Origin: an uncultured Pseudomonadales bacterium
GTDB lineage: Bacteria > Patescibacteriota > Microgenomatia > UBA1400 > PJMF01
NCBI GenBank assembly: GCA_964393205.1
Contig: CAYMSV010000002.1
Span: 96,843 to 160,842 of the forward strand
Direction of reading: 5' to 3'
DNA: 64,000 nucleotides
Below are positions 8,555 to 21,502 of the stretch, piece after piece. Under the pieces are notes generated by a model. That model was not told the DNA's origin. It was given only the letters and a program-made list of their open reading frames with translations, and did no database searches. Made by a program: the position numbers and the translations under genes. Every line of letters begins with the position of its first letter. Position 1 is the stretch's first letter.

Positions 8555-10243
8555 TTATTTAGATAAATCACCTTCGATAGAACTATCCAAGAGCATTTCC
8601 TGAGAATCTTTTAAAACTGGCTTCCACTTGCCAAATTTGGCAATTAAACTATTGAAATAATTAAGTTCTTTAATATCAAATAGAATTGAAAAATATAAAT
8701 AAACCAAAATGGCTATGGTACTAGTAGAAATAGTTAGAGCTAATAAATCCACAGTCCTGCTCGTATCAAAAATTACTTCATCTAAAATTTTAAAAGGTAA
8801 GTATAGAAAAATAGCCATAAAAAAACTAGCTAATAACATTTTTAGCTGAGGAAAAAAGAAGTCTTTAAAAGTAAAACATCCTAATTTCTTTTGTAAAATA
8901 AACAACATCAAAAACAATTCTATAAAAGCAGATATTAGAATTGCTATGCCTAAGCTGTATACTCCCCACTTAAAAACATAAATTCCCAAAGCGTTACTTA
9001 GCAAATAAACAATGACCGTAATCGCAGTAACCATAAATGGCGATTTAGTGTCTTTAAGTGCGTAAAAACTTCGAATAAGCAATTGCGTCATTGCTTGAGC
9101 AGTAATTGAAATCGCTATAATGGACACTAACCTGCCAGTAATAATAGTAGTTTGCCAAGGAAAATTAGCTGTACCAAAAACTAAACGCACAGCAGGAATA
9201 CGTAAAATTAATAAAAGAATTGAAGCTGGCATCGCTAAAAAAGAAATTTGATTGAGTGACTGTAAAAGAAGTTTATTAAATTTTTTACGATTAAGCTCAG
9301 CAGACTCCTCTGATAAAAACGGGAAAGAGGCTTGACTAATAGGTATTCCAAAAAAACGAATAGGCAGAGTCATTAAACGACGGGCTAAATTGACAATCAC
9401 AAAACTCAAATCGCCAATTGTAGTTGCAAAAAAACCCATGGCCAAATTTTGTAGTTCTGTTACTCCCACCGTCATTAAACGCGGTGGCATCATTTTAAAT
9501 AATTTTTTAACACCCACAAAATGCCAATTAAATGTAAACCGCCAATGAAATCCAGTCTTCTTAATTAGGGGGAGCTGAATAAACATGTGAAAGGCAGCAC
9601 CCACCACCACCCCTAAACCAGCAGCATAAATGCCAAAATACTTAGCTAAAAATATCGACGTCAACATAATGCCTAGGTTGTAAATTAAAGGCGCTAAAGC
9701 AGGAACAATAAATCGTTGATAGGCTTGCAAAATACCAGTTAGAAAGTTAGAAATAGCAAAGAAAAACTGAGCAAACAGCATAATTCTTGTCAAATTTACT
9801 GCAATTGCTACTTGTTCTGGAGTAAATTCAGCACCGGTACGAGCCATGGTAATTGGTCTGGCAAAAATAAAAGCAACAACTGAAAAAAAGATAAAAATCA
9901 ATAAGACTAAATTCATTACTATTGAAGTAAATTGAAATGCTTTTGCCGAATTTTTTTTCTTTAATTCAGTAAATAGTGGAATAAAAGCTGCTGATAATGC
10001 TCCAAGAACAATTAGTTGAAAAAGCATATCAGGAATCTGAAAAGCTACTTGAAATGCCTCATAAGCTTGTTGACTGGCTAATGTATTAAAAAAGAGCTTA
10101 ATTAATACTCTTTCTCTTAATAAACCTAATAGAGAAGAAAAAATATTAGCAGATGTAATAATGAACGCCGCTGATAAAATAGAATTTTGTTTTCTAGCCA
10201 ACCATTGAGAATTAGTTTTAAAAATTTTGTTAAAAGAAATCAT
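8555..10243 (-). CDS. murJ: Lipid II flippase MurJ (MviN family)
   Basis: 562 aa polytopic membrane protein. The N-terminal region (SAAFIITSANIFSSLLGLLRERVLIKLFF) and the 14-TM architecture are typical of MurJ/MOP flippases. Confidence 0.75.
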   Translation of the reverse strand: MISFNKIFKTNSQWLARKQNSILSAAFIITSANIFSSLLGLLRERVLIKLFFNTLASQQAYEAFQVAFQIPDMLFQLIVLGALSAAFIPLFTELKKKNSAKAFQFTSIVMNLVLLIFIFFSVVAFIFARPITMARTGAEFTPEQVAIAVNLTRIMLFAQFFFAISNFLTGILQAYQRFIVPALAPLIYNLGIMLTSIFLAKYFGIYAAGLGVVVGAAFHMFIQLPLIKKTGFHWRFTFNWHFVGVKKLFKMMPPRLMTVGVTELQNLAMGFFATTIGDLSFVIVNLARRLMTLPIRFFGIPISQASFPFLSEESAELNRKKFNKLLLQSLNQISFLAMPASILLLILRIPAVRLVFGTANFPWQTTIITGRLVSIIAISITAQAMTQLLIRSFYALKDTKSPFMVTAITVIVYLLSNALGIYVFKWGVYSLGIAILISAFIELFLMLFILQKKLGCFTFKDFFFPQLKMLLASFFMAIFLYLPFKILDEVIFDTSRTVDLLALTISTSTIAILVYLYFSILFDIKELNYFNSLIAKFGKWKPVLKDSQEMLLDSSIEGDLSK

Positions 10244-10377
10244 ATAGCTTCTTTTGATTATAGAGAAAATAAAGAAAAAAACAAAACAGGGTTTTAATTA
10301 TCGAGAGTTGAGATAACTTGTATCTTGAAGTTTTTTCTTGTATAATCACCTCTTGTTAAATTCAAAAGGAAAGCTTA

Positions 10378-10620
10378 ATGCCAATTTTAAAAAGTGCTAA
10401 AAAAGCCCTGAGAGTCAGCAAAAGAAAGAACACAATCAATCGAAAGCTGAAATCTCAAGTCAAAACGGCCATAGATCAAGTTAAAAAAACTCCTAGTGCA
10501 GATAATCTGTCTCTGGCTAGTAGTAAAATCGATCGTGCTGTCAAAAAAAATTTGATTCATAAAAATAAAGCAGCACGACTCAAATCTAAACTTGCTAAAC
10601 TTAAGCCACAATCAAAGTAA
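10378..10620 (+). CDS. rpsT: 30S ribosomal protein S20
   Basis: 80 aa basic protein. MPILKSAKKALRVSKRKNTINRKLKSQVKTAIDQ is the characteristic S20 N-terminus. Its stop overlaps the lepA start (TAATG). Confidence 0.9.
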   Translation: MPILKSAKKALRVSKRKNTINRKLKSQVKTAIDQVKKTPSADNLSLASSKIDRAVKKNLIHKNKAARLKSKLAKLKPQSK

Positions 10621-12446
10621 TGGCAAATTTATCTAGAATTAGAAATTTCTCTATTATTGCTCATGTTGATCATGGTAAAACTACCTTAACTGACGTTTTT
10701 TTACGCTTAACCAAAACCGTATCCGAAAATAAATTTCACGAACGCATGATGGATTCTAATCCCATCGAACAAGAAAAGGGAGTAACCATTAAACTGGCTC
10801 CAGTGCGCATGAATTACAAAGGGTATGTTCTGAACTTAATTGACACTCCAGGACATGTCGATTTTGCTTATGAGGTTAGTCGTTCGCTGGCAGCTTGTGA
10901 AGGAGCGGTGTTACTTGTCGATGCTAGTCAGGGAGTACAGGCTCAAACCTTAGCTAACTATCAAAAAGCTAAAGATCTTGGATTAGTTATTATTCCAGTT
11001 ATTAATAAAATTGATTTACCTTCAGCCAATATTGAACAGTGTTTGTTAGAAATGATGGAAATTTTTAATTTTAGTGAAGAAGAAATCCTGCAAGTTAGTG
11101 CAAAAACCCAGTTAGGTGTAGAAAAAATTTTGGAAGCAATTATTAAACGTATTCCTGCCCCACAATTCAAACTCACTCAAGAACAAAAAGAAACAACTAA
11201 GATAGAAAATCAAGATAAAGAAACAGATAATACTCAAGCATTAATTATTACCTCCACATTTGATAACCATCAGGGAGTAATTGCTTATATCAGGGTGGTG
11301 AGAGGTCAAATTAACAAAGAAGCTCTACATCTAATATCAACTGCTATCGATTTTAATCCAATTGAAATTGGAGTGTTTGTTCCTCACCCTGTTAAAAAAG
11401 AGTTTTTAACAGCCGGAGAAGTAGGTTACATTGCCACCGGACTAAAAGAAACCAGTCAGTTAAAAATTGGTGATACTATTACGTCTGTAAGAGAGAAAAA
11501 ACAAGCAGTTCCTTTACCCGGGTATCAAGAGCCTCAAGCTATGGTCTTTATGGAACTTTATCCAATTGATAGTAAAGATTTTACTGAATTAAAAGAAGCT
11601 ATGTCTAAATTAACTCTCCATGATAGCGCTCTGCAATATCAAGCTACCAACTCAGCAGCACTGGGTAATGGCTTGAGAGTAGGCTTCTTAGGTATTTTTC
11701 ATGCTGAAATTGTTAGAGAAAGATTATCGCGAGAATTCAATTTAGAATTGATTAGCACTGCTCCTTCAATTACTTATCAAATCACTTTAACTAATCAAGA
11801 AGAAACTTTAATTCACAGTCCAACTGAATTGCCAGATGCTGGTCAAATTAAAGAAATTAAAGAACCAATTTGTCAACTAAATATTTTCTCTCCAGAAAAG
11901 TACTTATCAGCAATCATGAAATTTTGTCAGGAAAGAAGAGCACAATTAAAAGATAGTATGCGAGCTGGAAATCGCAATCAACTCAAGTATGAAATTCCTT
12001 TAGCTGAACTTGTCAGTGACTTTCATGATCAACTTAAATCTATTACTTCTGGATTTGCTTCAATGGACTATCGTTTCAGCCATTACAAGGTGGTCGATGC
12101 CGTCAAAGTTGATATTTTGATTAATTTAATAAAAATTGAAGCTCTTAGCTTTATCATGATAAAAGATAATGCTGAAAAAAAAGCTAGAGCCATAGTTAAA
12201 AAACTCAAAGAAGTTGTACCTAGACAAATGTTTGAAGTACCAATCCAAGCTGCTATTGGTGGAAAAATTATTGCTCGAGAAACTATCAAAGCTTTTCGTA
12301 AAGACGTAACTGCTAAACTCTACGGAGGAGATCGTACACGACGTATGAAATTACTCAAGAAACAAAGTCAGGGTAAGAAAAGAATGAAGCAATTCGGTAA
12401 AGTCGAATTGAATCAAGAAGCTTTTTTAGCTATCTTAGAAAACTAA
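10620..12446 (+). CDS. lepA: Elongation factor 4 (LepA) GTPase
   Basis: GTPase motifs G1 AHVDHGKTT, G3 DTPGHVDF and G4 NKID. The LepA-specific C-terminal domain is present (LYGGDRTRRMKLLKKQSQGKKRMK). 608 aa. Confidence 0.95.
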   Translation: MANLSRIRNFSIIAHVDHGKTTLTDVFLRLTKTVSENKFHERMMDSNPIEQEKGVTIKLAPVRMNYKGYVLNLIDTPGHVDFAYEVSRSLAACEGAVLLVDASQGVQAQTLANYQKAKDLGLVIIPVINKIDLPSANIEQCLLEMMEIFNFSEEEILQVSAKTQLGVEKILEAIIKRIPAPQFKLTQEQKETTKIENQDKETDNTQALIITSTFDNHQGVIAYIRVVRGQINKEALHLISTAIDFNPIEIGVFVPHPVKKEFLTAGEVGYIATGLKETSQLKIGDTITSVREKKQAVPLPGYQEPQAMVFMELYPIDSKDFTELKEAMSKLTLHDSALQYQATNSAALGNGLRVGFLGIFHAEIVRERLSREFNLELISTAPSITYQITLTNQEETLIHSPTELPDAGQIKEIKEPICQLNIFSPEKYLSAIMKFCQERRAQLKDSMRAGNRNQLKYEIPLAELVSDFHDQLKSITSGFASMDYRFSHYKVVDAVKVDILINLIKIEALSFIMIKDNAEKKARAIVKKLKEVVPRQMFEVPIQAAIGGKIIARETIKAFRKDVTAKLYGGDRTRRMKLLKKQSQGKKRMKQFGKVELNQEAFLAILEN

Positions 12447-13234
12447 AAGAGACTAGTTGGCTCAAATTTAAAATAGCGGATATTAGCTTCTTCACGAATT
12501 GTTTCTAACCATTCTTGTTGAGCTTCAGTTCTTTTTTCTTGAATCACCTGAGCTTCAATCTGCTCCCTCATTTCTTCAAAATCAAGATCTTCACCCAAGA
12601 ATTCTTTATTGGTTTCGAAATATTCTAAGACTTCTTCTTCGCTAACCTGAATTTCTTCAGCTAAAATTTTATCAACTTGTAAGTTGAGACGAATATCTTC
12701 TTCAACATCTGCTCTAGTGAGGTTTTGCATAGCCAGAATATCATCTAAGTTTTGACCTTGAGCGCTTAAGCTCTCTTCAATCTCAGCTATTTGAGCAGCC
12801 ACTGCTTCCTCGTCGATCTCAACATTAGCTTCTTTAACAGCTTGATCAACTAGTTCTCTAGTGATTAAAGACTCCAAAATTTGACTGGCTCCTTGTTGTT
12901 CTAATTCTTTAATTACTTGAAAACGAGTGATGGGTTTACCATTAATAGTTGCTACAATTAATTGGTCTTTCAAAAACCAAAGTGCTAGCAATACTATTAA
13001 TATAATAATAGGCCACAATATTTTTTTGGGTTTTATGGTTTTGCTTACCTCTATCCTTTTATTAACAATCTGATTTGTTTTTTTATTTGCAACTTTTTTA
13101 GTTTTATTGGATTTTATTTCCTTTTTGCTATTTTTCTTTGTTGCTGGAACAGTTTTTTTAGACTCAGGTTTTTTCTTAACAGTCTTTTTTTTATTCATTT
13201 GTGACTGAGTTTTTTTAGTTTTTTTAGCTGGCAT
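12443..13234 (-). CDS. SurA N-terminal domain-like chaperone (PrsA/SurA family without a recognisable PPIase domain)
   Basis: 263 aa with a Lys-rich N-terminus, one TM, then ATINGKPITRFQVIKELEQQ, which resembles the SurA_N chaperone module. No FKBP/parvulin signature seen. Confidence 0.45.
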   Translation of the reverse strand: MPAKKTKKTQSQMNKKKTVKKKPESKKTVPATKKNSKKEIKSNKTKKVANKKTNQIVNKRIEVSKTIKPKKILWPIIILIVLLALWFLKDQLIVATINGKPITRFQVIKELEQQGASQILESLITRELVDQAVKEANVEIDEEAVAAQIAEIEESLSAQGQNLDDILAMQNLTRADVEEDIRLNLQVDKILAEEIQVSEEEVLEYFETNKEFLGEDLDFEEMREQIEAQVIQEKRTEAQQEWLETIREEANIRYFKFEPTSLF

Positions 13235-13390
13235 ATCAACCTTTCTCTTAATTAAAAATCTGATTTAATCATCTTTTCAATAAGAAAAAATCAGACTGTA
13301 TCAAAGTTATCATCTTTTTAAAAAAATTACTAGGGGAAAAAGCTGAGGATTAGAGGTATAATAATTTATTGGTATAATTATTTAAGAATC

Positions 13391-14008
13391 ATGAAAAAAA
13401 GAAAAGTTGAAGATTATTCTGAAATCATGAAGAACGAAAGAGTCAATAATAATCCTCTCAACTCTTATATTACTAAACCAAACAAAATTGCTTTTGAACT
13501 ACAAGATCGTGATGAAGAAATAATTTTGATTCTACGACAACACCCTATCACTCAATTAAAAAGTGCTTTACTTTTGATTTTTGGTTTTTTCATCGTGCCT
13601 TGGTTATTACAACTATCTGGATTAATTGATTTTTTACCATCTCAATTTCGCATCGCTTTTTATTTATTTATTATTGTACTTTTTATTGGCACAAGTCTTA
13701 GATGCTTTTTATTATGGTTTTTCAACGTTTATATCATCACTGACGAACGTATTATTGATGTTGATTTTCTGTCAATGATTTATAAAAACATCTCTACTGC
13801 TAAAACTGAAAATATTCAAGATGTTACTAAAAAAAGCTCTGGAATAATGGCTACAATTTTTGATTATGGAACAATACTCATTCAAACTTCAGCCACAAAA
13901 AATGAGTTTGAATTTGATCACGTACCGCATCCAGCCCGAGTTGCTAAATTACTTAATGAACTAATTCTTGAAGAAGAGAGAGAGAAAGTAGAAGGGAGAA
14001 TTAACTAG
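13391..14008 (+). CDS. Bacterial PH (bPH_2/DUF304, YdbT-like) domain membrane protein
   Basis: 205 aa with two TM helices followed by YIITDERIIDVDF, a bPH_2-like motif. Confidence 0.5.
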   Translation: MKKRKVEDYSEIMKNERVNNNPLNSYITKPNKIAFELQDRDEEIILILRQHPITQLKSALLLIFGFFIVPWLLQLSGLIDFLPSQFRIAFYLFIIVLFIGTSLRCFLLWFFNVYIITDERIIDVDFLSMIYKNISTAKTENIQDVTKKSSGIMATIFDYGTILIQTSATKNEFEFDHVPHPARVAKLLNELILEEEREKVEGRIN

Positions 14009-14232
14009 TGTTAGGCCCAACTATTAATCAAGATCTAATATTAGCATTATTTAAAATTGCTTTTGTTACAGGATCTTTTTTCTATTTAATTTATTCTTTT
14101 GTTATGGCTAAACAAATCAGAATTATGGAAAAAACCCTAATAACCGGCTTCAGTAGCATCATTACTCTGCTTGGATATATCAACTTAACTATAGCCGTAC
14201 TTACTTTACTTGGATTTTTATTATTCCTCTGA
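14008..14232 (+). CDS. Small two-TM membrane protein (hypothetical)
   Basis: 74 aa hydrophobic ORF whose start overlaps the stop of the bPH gene. Confidence 0.3.
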   Translation: MLGPTINQDLILALFKIAFVTGSFFYLIYSFVMAKQIRIMEKTLITGFSSIITLLGYINLTIAVLTLLGFLLFL

Positions 14233-14271
14233 AAATTGGCTTAAAAAAAGAGCTATAGATACAAAAAAAAC

Positions 14272-14400
14272 CCTTTGTTCTGGCCTCGACCTATCTTCGC
14301 AAGGGAAAATCCCTAACTATTGTCAGCGCTGAGACGTTTCAAGACTCTGTTCGGGATGGGAAGAGTTGGGACCATCTCGCTCCAGAGACCAGAACAAAAG
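14272..14400 (-). rRNA. rrf: 5S ribosomal RNA
   Basis: The reverse complement reads ...GGTCCCAACTCTTCCCATCCCGAACAGAGTC...GAAACGTCTCAGCGCTGACAATAGTTAGGG..., with terminal helix I pairing (CCTTTTGTTCTGG/CCAGAACAAAGGG). It lies just downstream of the 23S on the same strand. Ends are approximate. Confidence 0.8.
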
Positions 14401-14484
14401 GTTTTTTTCTAAAGAACAATTGTTAATTATATAACATAAATGCTCTTAAACATGTGAAGAAGTCAACTGCCGTCCAATAACAGT

Positions 14485-17425
<2,941 letters not shown>

Positions 17426-17608
17426 AATCATTGAAGTCTTCATTTTATTTCTCGACTATTATTGAATAACAGTTGATAAAATTCTTCACATGTTAAAGAG
17501 CACTTATTACTAGCCACCAATTAGTGACTACTTATTAGCCTCTAGAAGTTCCGCTAGGAAATCATCCAAAGCCTAATAAGTAAACACCAATGTTAATTCA
17601 ACTATAAG

Positions 17609-17685
17609 TGGTGGACCCTAAGGGGCTCGAACCCTTGACCTCCACATTGCAAATGTGGCGCTCTAGCCAACTGAGCTAAGGGCCC
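17609..17685 (-). tRNA. tRNA-Ala (anticodon UGC), CCA encoded
   Basis: The reverse complement is GGGCCCTTAGCTCAGTTGGCTAGAGCGCCACATTTGCAATGTGGAGGTCAAGGGTTCGAGCCCCTTAGGGTCCACCA. It shows a cloverleaf with anticodon loop TTTGCAA (TGC), the G3:U70 Ala identity pair (GGG...CCC stem with G-T) and a T-loop GGTTCGAGCC. Confidence 0.9.
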
Positions 17686-17820
17686 AATATTAAGCCGCTT
17701 TCAAAGATCATGCACTTAGTTGACGGAGGGAATCCTCAAGGCTGAGCCTTTGATAACGGATTGTCGCGAAGAGAGTGTAATTATAAGATTAAAAAAAACA
17801 AAAAGCAAGAGTAAATTTAC

Positions 17821-20160
17821 TTATAAAAGTTGGGCCCGTTGGCCAATTTCTTCCTCTAGCAATTCTTTATCTTTACCATATTTTAAACGAGATAATTTTT
17901 TAACTAATTCTGCTAGCTTAGGATTCATTTTAGCATCCTGAGCCTTCATATCTTTAATTAAGGACATACTAAAAGCACTTACAGGCTGATTATCAACAAT
18001 GGTTTTTACATAAGCATGATACTTTTCAACATTAGCCAAGTCTGTTTCATTAAAGGTTGGAGCAAACTCATGTTGCAAAAAATTAGCATCAGTCACACCT
18101 ACTCTAAAAGCTACCATCGTACCCACGTTGCCAAAAACTGCGTTTTTAATATCTTCCTCAATCTGTCCAATAAATTGATTAGCCACAATCAAATTCAACC
18201 GATATTTGCGAGCCTCAGAAAGAATAGAAGCAAAATCTTCGGTAGCAAAGTTTTGAAATTCATCTACATAAAGGAAAAAATCACTACGTTTGTCCATAGA
18301 TACGTTTTGTCGACTCATGGCTGCTGTTAGAATTTTTGGCACTAAAATTAAACCCAAGAATTTAGCATCTTCCTCGCCAATTACCCCTTTGCTCAAATTA
18401 CATAGAATAATTTTCTTTTCATCCATAGCTTTACGAAAATCAAAAGAACTTTCACTTTGACCAATAATGTTGCGCATCGTTTTATTAGTTACAAAACGAC
18501 CAAATTTAGAAACAATATAGTCAAGTACTTCAGACTTGTGAAAGTCACTGGTGCTGGCTATTTGATCAGTCCAATAACGCTTAACCATTGGGTCTTTGAT
18601 GAAAGGTAGATAGTCTTCAACATATTTGGTGTCAGTTAAAATTCTAACTAATTCAATAAAGGTTGCGCCTGGCTTAGACATAATAGTCAACATACCGTTG
18701 CGAATAGCATGCTCGAACCTTGGCCCAACAATACCAGTTCGATGGGGATCATAGAGTTTATACATTAAGCCAATCACAGCACTAGCCATAAACTGTTGTT
18801 GTTCATCATTGTGTGCTTCCATAATGTTCATACCTAATGGTCGTTCAGTATCTGCTGGATTAAAATAAATTACATCTTCTGCTCTTTCTGGCGGCATTAA
18901 TTGCAAAAGATCTTCAACTAAATCACCGTGCGGATCAATTACAGCTACACCTTGTCCAGATTGAATATCTTGAAGGGCCATATCTTTAAGAAACTCTGAC
19001 TTACCTGTGCCTGTTTTACCAATTATGTAAGTGTGGCGGCGGCGATCTTCAAGAGACATATAAATACCACGCTCAGTACCTCGATATTTGGATTTACCAA
19101 GATACAAACCTTTAGTAGGAATTTTGTTAGAAGCTGGTGCACTCTTAGCGCTAAGCCAACGGATATGATGGGTTTCCACTGTTTTATTAGGAAAGTGCAT
19201 GACTGTGGCTAATTCCTCAGTATTGAGAATAATTTTTTTACTAGAAAAAATAGAAAGATATCGATAAATGAAATCAATCATAAATAAATGTTTAAAGAAA
19301 ATTCTGGCTCGCTTAAATTGATTGTGTGGAGAGGAAAATTGAGAAAAAGCTCCAATTAAATTATTGAGGTGGGCTTTGGCAGTTACATCATTATTAGCGG
19401 ACACCACCATTCTAATAGAAATACGAAAACCTGGCTTACTGGTTTTGGTATTAATGGCCTCAACCTCTTTTGGATCATGAGTGTAACTAGCTGTATCTGG
19501 ATCTGCTTCTTGTTTCTTTTGTTTTTGATTATGGCGCTCACCCTTTTTTTGCCAAGGTCGACCAGCAGGTTGTAATAAAATTTGTAAACTAGCCCCTTCA
19601 CCATCACTCATCTTTGAAAGAGCACTAGTAATTAAAGATAAGCCATCAGTAGCCAAATCTTTGTAAGTTTTAATTGGGTAAAAATTAGCTTTTTCTAATT
19701 TAAGCTCACTAAAAGCTACCCGACCAGTATCATTGAAAATATTAACTTCATCAACTTCACTAATGGCAGCAGACGGATAAGCTCCATTAATTTGTTTTTC
19801 TACTAAATCCTGAATGTGGCGAGGACAAGTTACATAAAATGCAATATCCTCTTTCATACCAACAATTTCGAAGCCAATTGTTTCCTCAGGCTCTAAAAAA
19901 GAGAGAAAGCCAACTTTTTTGAGAGAATAAAGACCAGCAAACATTTGCTCAGCTGCATCAATCTTTATTTCATTACTTTTTGGTAATTTGACTAATAAAG
20001 TGACAAACTTCAGAGCATATTTTTCTCGGCGCCGATTCTTAATAAAAATACCTAAGGCATAAAGCAAAAAAGAAACAATGCCCAATAAAATAAAAACTGT
20101 TAAAAGATTAACAATAAAAACATTGGCTTGTGATAATATTTGTTCTCCTTGCGGTGACAT
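17821..20160 (-). CDS. Membrane-anchored FtsK/HerA/TraD-superfamily P-loop ATPase (T4SS coupling-protein/TraD-VirD4-like)
   Basis: 779 aa with an N-terminal TM and a ~380 aa middle region. Walker A is IIGKTGTGKSEF and Walker B is FFLYVDEFQNF. The C-terminal region resembles TraD/TrwB/VirD4-type substrate-recognition ATPases. Confidence 0.5.
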   Translation of the reverse strand: MSPQGEQILSQANVFIVNLLTVFILLGIVSFLLYALGIFIKNRRREKYALKFVTLLVKLPKSNEIKIDAAEQMFAGLYSLKKVGFLSFLEPEETIGFEIVGMKEDIAFYVTCPRHIQDLVEKQINGAYPSAAISEVDEVNIFNDTGRVAFSELKLEKANFYPIKTYKDLATDGLSLITSALSKMSDGEGASLQILLQPAGRPWQKKGERHNQKQKKQEADPDTASYTHDPKEVEAINTKTSKPGFRISIRMVVSANNDVTAKAHLNNLIGAFSQFSSPHNQFKRARIFFKHLFMIDFIYRYLSIFSSKKIILNTEELATVMHFPNKTVETHHIRWLSAKSAPASNKIPTKGLYLGKSKYRGTERGIYMSLEDRRRHTYIIGKTGTGKSEFLKDMALQDIQSGQGVAVIDPHGDLVEDLLQLMPPERAEDVIYFNPADTERPLGMNIMEAHNDEQQQFMASAVIGLMYKLYDPHRTGIVGPRFEHAIRNGMLTIMSKPGATFIELVRILTDTKYVEDYLPFIKDPMVKRYWTDQIASTSDFHKSEVLDYIVSKFGRFVTNKTMRNIIGQSESSFDFRKAMDEKKIILCNLSKGVIGEEDAKFLGLILVPKILTAAMSRQNVSMDKRSDFFLYVDEFQNFATEDFASILSEARKYRLNLIVANQFIGQIEEDIKNAVFGNVGTMVAFRVGVTDANFLQHEFAPTFNETDLANVEKYHAYVKTIVDNQPVSAFSMSLIKDMKAQDAKMNPKLAELVKKLSRLKYGKDKELLEEEIGQRAQLL

Positions 20161-20185
20161 ATTAGTTGTCTTATTTTAGCAAGTT

Positions 20186-20890
20186 TTAAACGTCTGTGCT
20201 ATTCTCGACTTCTTCTTTATATAGTACTGCGCCTGCAAAAATCTTCCTTATCTTGTCTGCCCATTCCGCAAGCCAACGTAAACTAAAATGGGTGTTTTTC
20301 TTTTTAGCAAGTTTTTGTTGAGTTTCAGTAATAGGCAATACTACCACTGGCTTAACTGTGCTTGATGGAGCCTGAGCCTGAGTTGCTAAGTTATTAATAG
20401 TAGCTTGCTGTTTTTTGATTGACTCTTGGTCCGCTTTTTCTTTATCAAACTCTTTAATTTCTGTCAATTCTTGACCAATTTCTGCTATTTCCGCAGACTC
20501 ATTATTTTTAGCCTTTTCAGCTGATTTTTGCTCAATCGCAGAATCTTGATCTGCAGCTTCAATCTGTTGCTGCTGCTCTGCTTTTGCTAAAGATTCCGGT
20601 GTAACTTGCTTTTCAGCTAAAATACTTTGATTTTTACTATCGAGTTCTTTTTGACGTGAAGTGCGCGCAGGCGTATTTACTGATAGAGAATTTTTCTCCT
20701 CCACTTCTCCAATCGCTTCCTCAAGTAAATCCAAGGCTTGCTTATTTGATAATACTTTTGGCTGTTCTTCATCTGTTTCTGATAAAGACTGTAGGCTTAA
20801 AAATTGCTTCAGCTTAGGATATTTCTTTAAATCAATGTTTTTTAGCAATGAAGCTGCAGCTCGATCGTTAGGCATGAGACCATCATACAA
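20186..20890 (-). CDS. Acidic, low-complexity coiled-coil protein (hypothetical)
   Basis: 234 aa, E/Q/K/A-rich; I recognise no domain. It is separated from the ATPase gene by 25 nt on the same strand. Confidence 0.4.
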   Translation of the reverse strand: MYDGLMPNDRAAASLLKNIDLKKYPKLKQFLSLQSLSETDEEQPKVLSNKQALDLLEEAIGEVEEKNSLSVNTPARTSRQKELDSKNQSILAEKQVTPESLAKAEQQQQIEAADQDSAIEQKSAEKAKNNESAEIAEIGQELTEIKEFDKEKADQESIKKQQATINNLATQAQAPSSTVKPVVVLPITETQQKLAKKKNTHFSLRWLAEWADKIRKIFAGAVLYKEEVENSTDV

Positions 20891-20981
20891 GTTTTTGCTT
20901 ATAGAGAAAAGAGAGAGTTAGAAAATTGCTATTTATCAAAATTAATTATTTAAAAAAACTATGGATAAAAAAACAAAAAAA

Positions 20982-21500
20982 TTAAAATAAATTTCTATAA
21001 AATTTTGCCCCAAACCATTCTTCTGTTAGAAGACCAGGTGCTGTCTCCAAAACCATGTCTACTGCTTGTGGTGATTGATAAATTGCTAATTGATCTTCAT
21101 CTTCTTCAAAAACTGGTCTGCTGGCTTGACGAGTACAATCTAGCAAAACATGCCTATCAAGCCAACAAATATCTATATCAAATTTCATATCCTTCATCCA
21201 AAACTGCTGAATCTTAGCCAAGGGAAAAACAAAAAGCATGCCATCTATTTCTTGACCACTTACAGTTTGCAATTGATCACGATTAGATAGACCTTTCTTT
21301 ATTGATCGACCATCTTTAACAAGCTCTACCAATATGCTCTGACCTTGAAAACTAAAGAAATTATCTTTTAAAACTAACTCAACTAATTGACCATCTCTTA
21401 CAAAAAATGACCAAAAAAAGCGCTGATAAAGAAAAATTAAAAAAATGAAAAAAGAGATGATTATTATTAATAGTTTAATAATTTTGAATTTACTTTGCAT
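20982..21500 (-). CDS. DUF192 (COG1430) family protein with N-terminal membrane anchor
   Basis: 172 aa. The stretch GMLFVFPLAKIQQFWMKDMKFDIDICWLD matches the DUF192 signature (GMLF....FWM.nt..PLDi.fld). Confidence 0.6.
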   Translation of the reverse strand: MQSKFKIIKLLIIIISFFIFLIFLYQRFFWSFFVRDGQLVELVLKDNFFSFQGQSILVELVKDGRSIKKGLSNRDQLQTVSGQEIDGMLFVFPLAKIQQFWMKDMKFDIDICWLDRHVLLDCTRQASRPVFEEDEDQLAIYQSPQAVDMVLETAPGLLTEEWFGAKFYRNLF

Positions 21501-21502
21501 AA

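Noticed and set aside
10387-12289. Minus-strand ORFs 10387-10611, 10961-11176 and 12083-12289 inside rpsT/lepA
   Set aside because: They are antisense to highly conserved, unambiguous genes.
17720-17941. 73 aa plus-strand ORF in the rRNA leader, overlapping the ATPase gene end
   Set aside because: It is antisense to the tRNA/23S leader and overlaps the 3' end of a well-supported minus-strand CDS. It has no motif support.
18016-21217. Plus-strand ORFs 18016-18330, 19369-19575, 20661-20921 and 21005-21217, and minus-strand ORF 19383-19607
   Set aside because: They are embedded antisense or out-of-frame within the ATPase, acidic protein and DUF192 genes. They are short and without motifs.
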